NCBI GenBank assembly: GCA_030765685.1
Contig: JAVCCB010000015.1
Location: 8,113-72,112, forward strand
DNA from: Candidatus Tantalella remota
Lineage (GTDB): Bacteria > Omnitrophota > Gorgyraeia > Tantalellales > Tantalellaceae
Direction of reading: 5' to 3'
DNA length: 64,000 nt
The first letter of the stretch is position 1, and each line of letters begins with the position of its first letter. A program made the position numbers and the translations under genes. Below the pieces are notes generated by a model, which worked only from the letters and a program-made list of their open reading frames with translations, was not told the origin of the DNA and searched no databases. Of the stretch, positions 38,501 through 50,500 are shown one piece after another.

Positions 38501-41500
38501 GCTTGAGAAGGACGCGTGACGTGTGGACCGGGATCCTGGGCCCTGACGGTATTTTCGACGGGCGTCATGTGCTTTCTTACAGATATAACACGGATAACAG
38601 TTATTCGGTGGATTATCAGGCGCCCTATTATGTTCCGTCCGCGACAGAAGTGGATGAGGGGATATATACGGAGGTAGCCAGAAAAGAAGCACAGGCCCAT
38701 GGTGGAATAAAGACCTCGGATTATGACAGCAGTGATAATTTCAAAAAAACCGTTTTCGGCGACAATACCGAGAAAGAGGTCATTTCCGGGATCATAGGTC
38801 CGGACAACGATTATGAGGTCAGAATAAGCGGATCTCCCACCCCGGCAGAGAACAGGATATACGTTTACAAAAAAGGAGTACTTACGGAAATACGGAACCT
38901 TGAGGGGATGTTTATTAAGAAGAGAGGGTATAAAGGAGAATTTCTTTATGACGCGCATACTACAGATGTGAATGTGCTGCGAGGCGCGGGGATCAATGAG
39001 AAAATGGCAGGCAGGATCTTTGGTTCCAGACAGGCCGCTCCCGATGAAGTTGTGAGGGAGGTCGAGGGCATAGAGATAGCGGATGGAGTGGTGACCGGGG
39101 ATATAGTCGTCATAGCGGATAAAGATGTGGTAAGGAAACTCCTGGTGGATCATCCGTCTCTGGGGAGTCCGGACAATAAAGCGCTTGTCGACGCTTTATT
39201 TTACGCCCAGGGGGATAACAGGTTTACGAACGTCCGGATGGGAGAACTCATGACGCTTGGGGAAGCATCCCGCGCGACCATAAAAAGTTATCTGGAAAGC
39301 GCCGCCCGGAATATAGGCAAAGACGAGATAGATTTTGATCTTACTGATATGGATACCGCTGACAGTTTTGTGTGGTGGACGGCTGCTGTAATGAACGGAC
39401 AGGTACCGGACGCCATATATGAAGGTGATATGGCACCGGTCATGGCTAAGATGGCTGAAATAAGCGAGTGGCCCGAGATAAGGGAGACAGCTGAATTTCT
39501 TATCAGTTACGATAACAGGGCCCGGGAGAACGGGGAAGTTGTCGGAAACGTTTACAGGATGTTGTACAGTAATGCCAGGTCTATTATCGAAGGCGAGATG
39601 ACCGGGAAAGAAGCCAAAGCTCTTATCAAAGAGCAGCTTCACGTGGTAAGAGAAGCTTATATGCTTGTGACGGGAGAGACGCCGTATGGATATCAGGAAC
39701 TGACCTCGGAAGAGAAGACCTCCATGCAGAGAATACTTGGAAGTAACTATACTCTGGTGGGAGTCCTGGGCGCGTTGGCTGTAGGGTTGTTGTTTGTTAT
39801 GAGGGCAAGGAAAAGAAAAAGAGTAGCCGAAGGCGCTTTGAAACGGGTAGGGCTTGACGAGGATACGGGAGCGGCGGCAAGACTCCTTGATGCGCGAAGG
39901 GGAGACCTTGAAAGAGCAGCGATAAATTCTTTACTGGCAGGAAATAAGGAATCGGAAATACAGGATACCGGTATCATGGCGATAGTTATACAAGAGGACC
40001 TGGGCGATGTCGCCGCCGCGTATCAGTTCGCCTCGGAGTCAGATGACGAAAGGATAAGAGGAAGGGTAATAATAGTGCAGAACACTAATACCCTTTTTAG
40101 GGGGTTCGAGGACGAAGCTTTATATCATGAGGCGCGCGAAGCTTACTGGATGGACCAGACAGGTGACAGGAGCGCGGCGCATATACTAGCCAGTGCTGAA
40201 CAGTCGCGCCGGTTCGCGAGGGCCGAGCTCGGAGGACTTACTCCTTATCACTATCAGGAGATCGGGAAACTGGGTAGCTCGGAAGCGGTGGAAAGACTGC
40301 AGGGCGAGGAAAGAGCGGAGCATCTGAGGGTGCTGGCTGAATATGGGATGACCTGGGCCTCTGATTACGAAGACGCTTTTCAGTTGCAGTTATCTGTCAG
40401 GCTTGCCGAACTGCTCGCTGAAGAAAGGGCAATAGCATTGCCTCAAGTGACGCCGCCAACGGCTCCGAGGGCGCCCGCTGTTCCGGGAGTAACTCCGGAA
40501 TTTTTTGATAAACAGATAACCTATAGCACAAAGTATCTCTTATCTCTTCAGAATAATGTCAAAAAAGCCCTCGCTGATGCCGTTAAGAAAAAAGAAAAAC
40601 GCCCCTTACGTAAACGTATAGCCAGTTATTTTATTAATCCCGGTTATGAGTTCGTCGAAGACGATCAGAAGGTCATAGCCCGGTCGATAATAGAAGCCTG
40701 TGACACCATGCGGTCAGCTCTGGACAGGGCGTCTTCCATTAGAGAGTCTTTATCTGGATCGGAGTCTCTTGGGATAAAAGCTATCAATAGCGCCTTTGTT
40801 AAATTGGTCGATATGCTGAAACCGGAAGAAGAGGCCTCTGTTATAGGAGTGCAATCCAGCCTGACTGGGAGACTCCGGGAAGATGGCGCTAAAAAAACCA
40901 ATCTGGACAGGGAAAGGGAGACGGGCGAACTGGTGCTTGTTTTGCAGAATCTCAGCAATAATCTGGTATCTATAGAGTCCGTATACGCGACCGCCGGTAT
41001 AACGGACCTGAGAATAAACAGATCCTACACTCTTCCAGAACTTATCGTAGAGGTGCAGAACTCCCTGACGGAGAAAAAACCGATAAGTTCCGGAGCGATC
41101 GCGGCTATTTCCCAGCTTACGGAAGAGTTTTTCTTCGCTACCGCGGGGAACGAAATAATAGAGAACCTGGCAGTTCAGCAGTCCTTCGGGCCTCCGGGTC
41201 ATTTTCTCAAAAAAACATCCATAGTGAAAGATCTCCGGACCACTCTTGATATCGCTGAAAAGGAAGCGCGGGCGGTAGAGAGCGGCCAGGCGACATATGA
41301 GAAATATTTTGTCGATAGAAAAAAGAAATTCGGTTACGCTCCCTCAACAAGCATAAATCTGTCAATAAGGGCAAATAACTTCATCGAGCTCTCAATGACA
41401 GATGACGATAAAAACGTGATCTGGGAGGGGACGACCGTAGAGGGCCTCGAAGGGGTAGACGAGGTCACCTCAGGTGTGGAGTTTTACGGCAAAGGCAGGC

Positions 41501-44500
41501 AGCTTACCACTTTTGAAAGCCTTATTCCCATAATATTCGGTATGACAGAAAGATTAAAATCCGCTTCAGAGATCGGTGCGCGGTTGAGGGCCAAGGGAAC
41601 CTCTATGCCGCTGGCTCAGGTGACCGAACAATTATCCGGACCTCTCCGCAAGGCAAGAGTAGACGGATATGTCACTCAGAGCGAGCATCTGGGAGACGAT
41701 TCTTCAAGGGAACCTGTGCGTGAAAGGCTGGGCTTGAGATTCGCTGTTACGGTACTAGCCGCTGCCGCGCTTATGTTCGCTTTCGGAGCTCTTGTGCTTC
41801 CGAATCTTCCAGCGGGACTTTTTCCCGCGGTGCATGAACTCACAGCTATCGGCATCCTTGATCCTCATGCCAAAGCCTCGGCGGCAACCGGAGTCTTCTT
41901 CTTTTTTAAACAGCTGGTCACCATGGTATTTTTCACAATAACCATAACCATGATACAGAAAAAATATCTTGCTGATACGGGGCTTTTTAACAAGACGGGT
42001 CTCGTGAGGATCCTTGATGACGATATAGGTAAGGCGGTGCCCGACAGAAGGATGGCAGAAGCGGTGGAGGGGATGAAAGAAACCCTGCCCGCGGACAGCC
42101 GGCAGAATTTTCGGGGTGTAAAGACCCGTAAAGAAGACGGGTCGTACGAAAGCTCCAGTAAGATAGCCGGCGAACTTTCCAGACCAATAGGCCTGAAAGG
42201 GTTTTTCGAGAAATCAAAAAAACCCATGAATGTTGTGAGGAGAAGCGGTGCTGAGGGCGCGGATCCGTTCTTTTTCGTTTACCTCAACAGCGTTACGAGA
42301 AAAGAAATGGTAGAAGCTCTTTTAAGGGCGGAGGAGAAGGCTACCGGAACCCTTTCCGGGGATCTTGTTGATTACTTGAACGAGCAAAGAGCCGCCGGAT
42401 ACAGGGTCGATGGAAAGATAGTCGTCAGCAACGAAGATATTATCAGAAAGATAGAGGAGGGAGCTCCGGAAAGAGCTGAGAACATATACCAGGCGCTAAA
42501 AGAGGATAAAAGGTTTTTCATCCATGTAGCAAGATGTACGCCTCTTTTTGGGGAACCGTTCCTGCTTGAGACAGTTAACATCCGCAATCTGGACACGGAT
42601 TATCCCAACCTGACGGTGTGGCCGGCGCTGGTGGAGCATGACCAGAAAGTGACGGACAGGTTTACGGAGCTCGTAAGCCAGGGCAGGATACCCGACGATA
42701 TGCATGCCCTGCTTTCCAGCCAGATGGGTGTTCAGAAACAGAATCTTCCTATAATAGACGAGAAAGAAGCCAGATCTCGGCTTGCCAGAGGCGAAAGCCT
42801 GGAAGGTGTGACGCTTCTTACCGCGGAGGACGGCCGTGTGAAAACAGGGTGGGACATGATAGAGCGTCTTCCTGAGACCAAATCGGTCGCTACCGGGTAC
42901 GCTATAAGCGCTATGGAAACGGTAGCGGAAGTTTTGCGGAACAGGGGGACCCTTTCCGAGGATGACAGTCTTTTTATGGCTGTGCCGGATTTCTCGGAAG
43001 CGGGCGCTCCGGAAGTATTCGAGATACTGGATGCCGAGGACAGGGCCAATACGCTTCAGCCGTGGAGCATAGCCATAGGGTTCAAAAGGATAAATACTAT
43101 AGTGGAATATCTTCAGGAAGTAGTCGAGACTGAGGGCTATGACGCCATAAGGCCGGCAGTGTTGAGAAGAAGTAACAGGGCGCTTTATAACGAGATAACA
43201 AGGTGGGGTATAGACCTGCTCATGGTAACGGATACCGTGAACGATTTCCGTAAAATGAGGGAAAAAATGTCCGCGTCGGCGGAAACCAACCGATATATTG
43301 ACAAGCAGCAGGAGATATTCGAAGCGTCACTGCTTTCTGAAGAGGAACTCGCCACGCTTGTAGGGGCCGAAAAAGAAAAGGCTCTGGAGAAGGCATTTGT
43401 TATGTCGGAGATGCGCGCGAGACTGTCGCCCGCTGTTTTACAGGGCGTATTGCGCCTTAATCCCCTGGGAGACAATCCTTTCACTACGCAGGATTACGGT
43501 CCCTGGAACATGATCAAAAGAGGTCTTGTCGCCCAGAGAAGCATTATAAGCCTTCTCGGCGGACTTCTAAGCGGCGGGTTGATCGCGTATGTGGCATTTA
43601 CGGCGTTTTCATATTTTGGTTTCTCAGCGATGGCTTACGCGGGCGCTGTTATAGGGGGGTCGATAGGGTTTAAAGGAGCCATATGGCTTGTGGGCAATCT
43701 GGTCCTCAAGTACAGGCACTTATCGGAAGGAGTGGAACGCAGCATAAATAAAGCGTCACCGTTCCCGTATGACGGCACCACCAACTCTTTCTGGCTGGAA
43801 AAACTTGTTGGTCGCAACATGCGCACGGGTGAGGAGACTTTCAGGGGCAAACTTGAACACGGTCTTTATGAATACAAGAAAGGTCTGTATGAGCTCGGGC
43901 CCGATGATGCTGAAGCTAACGCGGCACTGGAGTTTATGGCTACATTTACGCCGTACAGGACGCTTGGTATCCACGACTCTAACGATATTATAGAAGACGC
44001 CAAGCTCGGGTCACTGTGTTCTAAGTACGGGTATAGGAATATGATAATAGCGGATTACGGTACGGAGACTTTTGAGGCTAACCTGCCTGAACTCGGTTAT
44101 GAATGGTGGTATCAGAGATCAAGGTGGATAACAATTACGCCTATAGCGGTCATGCTGAGGTCGATGAGGGATTTCTTCATATTTTTCGGAGTCATCATAG
44201 GAATGGGGTTTGGCGGGGCTCTTATGGGGTCCCGTATGGTCGGGCTGATGGGAATACCACTGGGGCTTATAGGCGTGGGGCTTGGAGCTGTTGCCGGGGG
44301 ACTCATAGGTAACGTTCTTGGCGGTGTCGCGTACCGGATAAAAAGAGCTTTTGGGCGGGCGCCTTATCCTGAGCAGGAATCGAGTTTTGCCAAGCAGGCG
44401 GGTGTATTTAACTTTATGCTTCTTATATTCCTTCTTTTCGGAAAACCCGCGACGCTGATGACGACTTTTACATTTGGCACGACCGGTCTTCTCGCGGCAG

Positions 44501-47500
44501 CTACCGGCCTCGCGAAATTGGGGTATTTGGGAAGCTACGCGCAGGTCATTATGACGTTCGCTCCGCCGATGTTCTGGTTTATAACGAGCGCGGCGGTGGG
44601 GCTCACGCTTTTTCTGATACCTTTCTACATCATCTTCGAGATGTCGGTTTTCGGGGCGCTTTTCTCGGGACCCGATAATGAATCTCTTGTAAGGGACGGC
44701 CTGGATCGGATGAAGGAAACGGCCGAGAAATTTCAAAACTATAAAATATCTGTCGAGGCGAGGAGACTCTCGGGGATACTTAAGTACAGGCCTGAAGACA
44801 AAGAGGCGATAGAAGAAAGCGTGGCGAGCATGAGGGAATTGCTCTTTGAACTAAGCTCCCCGGATGATACGCCGGAAGAAGCGGATCTACGCGCTTTTGA
44901 CGAGAGGGATATGGACAAGAACTGGCGCGTGCAGAGCGTTCTTGACGCGGTCCTTGACGGCAGTCGGGATACGACGCAACTCAGGCGGGACCTGAACCAG
45001 ATAGCGAGGGATAAAGCTATCTCGCTTAACCCGAGCCTTCAGGTGAGGGTTAAGATAATGGAACATATAGACAAAGCTTTCGATAAGTTCGCCGTGACCG
45101 ACAGTTATTCATATGATGACATGATAAAGGTACTGTCGGATATGCGGGAAGGCAGGCTTGGTTTTAATAAGGGCTGGCAGATCGATATGTTTGACGACGC
45201 GGTAATGAGGTTCACGAAAGCTGTCGAGACACAGAAGCCCGCTACGCTTGAGGATGCCGTAAAGATACACGAAGAGGAAATGCGTCTTATTGGCGACGCT
45301 ATTTCGACTAAGATCGCGGAAATCAGAGGGAGGTATGACGAAGTAATAGCCGGAAAGATCTCTTTCGGTTCCCGCGCCGCCATGATGGCGGCAGGTCTCA
45401 TCGCGGGTGCCGCGGTACTTTGGGCGAAGAACCTGATAATTCCCGGAGTGGCCGTGACTATGATAATCTCGGGCATAGCCCTGAGCGCTCTGTGGCTTAC
45501 GTCAAGGGCGGGGATAAAAATGGGTATTGGTATGATGCCCTATTTTTACCTGAAACAGGTAGTCATATCCCTGCAGATAGCCGTACTTTATTTTATACAC
45601 ATGATCCCGGCAGCGAAAATAACGCTGGAGCAGATATGGGCGAGGCGTGACAACTGGTGGTCGAGGACGTCTCATGATGAGAGAGAGATACTCCCGGAAT
45701 CAAGGGCCAGATACGGTGAAAAGGTCAGGGCGAACATCCGGGAGATGTTTACCCGTAGAGAGAGGGTAGGAAGGTCTATGTTCGAGACGCCCGCGGTATC
45801 GTTCGCCTTTTTTCTGGCCTCTATGACGTTTTTACTGCTTTTGATAAATAACGGTCTTACCTGGCGCATGAGGGACGCGGCGGTTGTCGGGCTCTTTCTG
45901 TCATCTGTGCCGCTTATCTGGAATACTCTGATGCTGCGTTTTGACGAGGTGGGAAAAAGCCAGTTTTTCAGGCCCGCTATAAGTCTGGCGGGAGCGGGGT
46001 TTGTTATTGCCTCCGCCGGCCTGGTCTCACTGGGGCTGAAGACGATGGGGTATCCGCTTTTTGTCGCGCCTTTTGCCTTTGAGGCCACGGTAGCTCTTGT
46101 GGGCATAGCGATGCTTTCGGCCGCTATATTTACGCCGAAAGACCGCCTCCGAGAGATATACATGAACATATACAATAAGTGGATGCTTTACGCGGTCGTT
46201 CTCGGCCCCGCTACGGCGATGCTTGTTCTGCTGCCTTTTGGTCAAAATCTGCTCGAGGGCAGAAAAACCAGGTTTATCGAAGATAACGTAAATCCTATGG
46301 TAGAGATATACCACGCTTCGCGTTCGGGAGATATATATTTTTCCACGGAAGATGTTATGTGGAGACTCGCGCAGGGTATGCCGGCAGAAGGGAAAAGCCA
46401 GGCTGAGCTTGAAGATTTCAGGAAGAGAGCGTCGATCATAAGGCAGATGGCACGCATGAGGGATGAAGGTATAACCAACACTGACATAGCCGAGAACCTG
46501 ATAAACGCTTTTAAGGATTGTCCGTATCCTTCCGGACCCGATGGCCTGGCGGGATGGGTGCGGATAAACGCGGATATTTTCGCGGTAAAAGCGGGTATAG
46601 CTAAAGGCACGCTTCATGTCCAGAAACTTAAAGATTATTACGAGAAACAGATAGAAGTATACGGTTTTGACCGGACAAAAACCGACCTGGCCAGGAGGTA
46701 TATAGAGTCTATCGAAGCCTATGAGAAAGACGAAGTGGAAAGGGGAATATCCGACCGCGAGTTGCGGGGTGATTATGATCTTATACGTATACAGCTCGAA
46801 GCATACCGAAGGCTTCTTATGGAAACCGGCGATCCCGCGGCGCAGTTAAAATATCTGCATATAGTGGGTATTGTGGAGAACAGTATAGAAGGCGTGGGGA
46901 TCTCCGAAGTATGGAACCTTCCTTCTGTGGAATATGAGGATTTTGAGCTGTCCTTCTACAAAAAGGAATACCTGACCACGGTAGACCACGTGTCTTCCGG
47001 GGCCAGGAAAGAGCAGATGCCGGAAGCCCTGGATGAGGATGCTATAGTTACGGATCCGGTAAAAGGAGAGATAACAGCCAAAATAAATATTTCCAGAGAA
47101 AGAAGAAGTAACGTTATAGGGTTGAACGTACAGGATATGCTGGGCAGGCCCTTAGCGGAAGACGAACAGATGGTACTCACAGTTACGGTCCCGGAAAAGT
47201 TCGTTACCGGAAACCCCATGGCAAGCATATCACTGCAGGGAGTCTGGAGTGATTCCGGGGGGAACTGGCAGCATGGTGCCCATAACATTGTGTTCGGTGA
47301 AAGACCGCTGGCTGACGGTCAATACAAATACAACATAGCTATAAGTCCTCTTGATGAATATGACAGTTATCAGTTCGGTTATTATACCGACGGAGGTTTT
47401 AGCCCCAATTCCGCGGATATGAAAGTAGCCGGGATAAGGGTGCTGATAGGTAATGCCGATCAGATACAGGATAGTTTTGAAGGCGAGATAACGATACAGG

Positions 47501-50500
47501 GACGGATACGAAAAGTGCAGAAGATGGAAAAACCACTGAACGTGAGAGGCGACGCGACCGGTGGAGAGGAATTCCGGAAGAACTCGGGGATGAGCATAGG
47601 CCTTTCTTTTCATGACGTCGGGAAGTGGGGCGCCGCTGAGCATGACGGGTTCTCTTCCGAACAGGGGAAAGCGAAGCTGAGAGAAACATTCCGCAATTTT
47701 GCCGAGGACGGAATAATGAATGTGAGGATGCAGTCGCTTTTCGGCGACGGCAGGGCCGGTCTTGTTTTTGATGACGCGGGCAATTTTACAGGATTTGATG
47801 ATTATGTGGAGTCAGATATTCTCGCTCTTTTTGAGGTGCTGGATGAGATACGGGTGGATTATCCCGAGTTCAAGATAATGCCGGTTCTTTTCAGTTTTGA
47901 GCTGGCTGACGGGACCACCTCGGAGAATGGTTTTACTATAGGGGAGCACCCGGAACTTTTAACCGATAGTGAGAACAGGGATGTTCTTCTGAGTGAATTG
48001 AACAGGGTTTTCGGAATAGTCTGGGGGCATGAGGGCGTGACAGCGTGGGATCTGTTCAATGAACCGGAGATAGCCCACAACACAATGGATGCTGAAGGTA
48101 ACCGTGTCCTGAATATAGGCGAAGTGCAGGAATTCGTAAGGCTTCTGGCCCCCGACATACAGAGACAGGGCGGAGACGTGACCGTAGGAAGTTTTACCCG
48201 GACACAGATGCTTAATAACTGGCTTGATTCGCCGCTGGATCTCTTGCAGTTCCACTGGTACGACAAGTCACCGTATAACGATATTAACTTCTTAAAAGCA
48301 TGGATGTCTGACGGGCGTCCGGTAATAGCGGGTGAGATAGGCGCGCTGGGGAAATTCCCGGTACAGTTGCAGGGCGGCGATATACGCGATATTGCCGAGA
48401 TGTTGAGAAGAAGCGGGGTAAACGGCGCTTATCCGTGGCAGGATTGGGGAAAATATGACAGGGGTACTTCCAGGAATTATGCTAAATGGCTCGAAAGCCA
48501 GTCCAAACGGCCGGTATCCGTTCCGGAGGAAGCTGAAGCTCCGGTAGTGAAACCGGTTTCCGCTCCGGAGGGGAAACCTCTGCCGCCGGTATCGATGAGG
48601 CCTGCGAGGCCGGTTATCCCAAAGAAACTTTTTCGCGGGCAGTTGCCCCGGCGTACCGGCATGATGGGGCTTATCCTGGCTATAGGCACTGTTTTTATGG
48701 CGGCAGGGCAGGGAAGCGCGGTTGCCGGTGAAGTGGCTATGCCGGTTGCTTTTACGGGAGCGGTAGCTCAGATAGTTTCAACGGCAGGAACTATGGTTGT
48801 TGAGGAAACAGGACCAGGTGTTATTTTTGCTCTGGCGGAGAGGGTCACGGCCGGACAGCTTCTGCCTTATGCCATAGGGCTGGTTGTATTGGTGGGACTT
48901 ATGGCGTTTACAGTGTATCTCGCGAGAAAGAGAACGCGTAAGGAGATAGAAGATCAGTTCGCTGTTGAAAGGCGGGAACTGATAGATGCGCGGAGGATAG
49001 GTGCCATAGAAAACGATGATGTCCGGGAAATGGAAGCGATGCTTATGGAGGATACCGAGTTCGGTACCGCCGCGCGGGACGAGATAGCCAGGTTGAAGGC
49101 GATCGGAGATACGGCAGATCTTGATAAGTTCATAAGAGAGACGTTTATCCAGCGTTTTAATATAGACCTTACAAGGACAGCTTTGACCAGGGAGGATTAT
49201 AAAAAAAGAGGATACGACACGATCATCATAAGTTCTTCTTCAGCGGACGATGCCGCGGCGAAAAAGCTGGCGGTACAGAGGATGTTCCGGGGGCTTCCGG
49301 TAGAGATATTCTCCGAAGTTGTATCGAATGACGGCGGCCAGATAATGGGGCATATGACAGTGCTTGAAGCGGCCAGAGAGAACGGCCTGGACCTTGATGA
49401 GATGTTCTCCAAAAAGGGCGGTCCAAAGGTAGCCGTATGGCATGACGGCGGAATGGCTTCAAGGTTCAGCCCCATAACTCCTTCGTTGAACGATGCCAGG
49501 GGCTTACAGGACCTAGTGGGAAGATTCGAAAATTCCCGTCTTGAGATGACCGACGCGGAACTTCTTTTTATGGTAATGCTCAACAGTCTGGATTTTGGTA
49601 GTACAAGTACGGCGACCACCGTGGACACTTTCTGGACCAGCCAGATAGTAGCGGGAACCGTGGCTCACAGCATGATAGAGCGTAGTGACGCGCCTTTCGT
49701 AAAATTTCTGGTGCCCATAGACTGGGATGTTCCTAAGGATCTTTTGTATAAGCAGCTTCTGCAGTTCGGAACCGTCACGACGGATGAGAACGGGTATATA
49801 AGGAATTTTTATGGGAATCAGAAGAAAAGTTGTATAAGAAAAGCCAAAGACGGCACGCTTGAGATCAACCCGGACCATCAGTACATATATGACGATCTGA
49901 AAAGCGCGCCGACGGCGTATTTTGATTTCGGATCGTTCAGTATGAATAATGCCATGCTAAAGGCGCTTTACGATTACTGGATGAAAAAGACCGCGCTGGA
50001 TGACGATGGTAACGAGTACCGTATAATCAGAAAAGCTGTTGAGACCGGTGTCGTAGCAAAAGAGTTGAAACGCGATATAGATCCGCATTTCACCCAACCT
50101 CTCGCGTTCCTGCTGCAGGCGATAGTAAGTGAAAGGAATTTGGGCAGGGATATGCTTGAGGGGATCACTCCCGTGGATGCTTTCAGGCAGTATACGGGTG
50201 AGGAGAGGAGGCTCCAGCTGCAGAAACAGGTGGCGCTTATTAGGCAAAGGCTGCCGGGCGGGGCGAGGGTCAGGATGGGTGAGTTTTTTGAAGAAGAAGT
50301 AGAGATCGAAGATGCTGAGAAACCCGGAGAAAAGAAAAAAGTAAAACAGATCGTAATAGATAAAAACACCGGAAACCCTGAAGAAAAGATACTTGATCCA
50401 GTCACAGAGACCATAGAGATATTCCTCCTGAATAGAGACAATCCCGATATCTTCCCCGAAGACCTGAGTAGGACCCTGGGATCCATAAGTCTGGGGCAGA

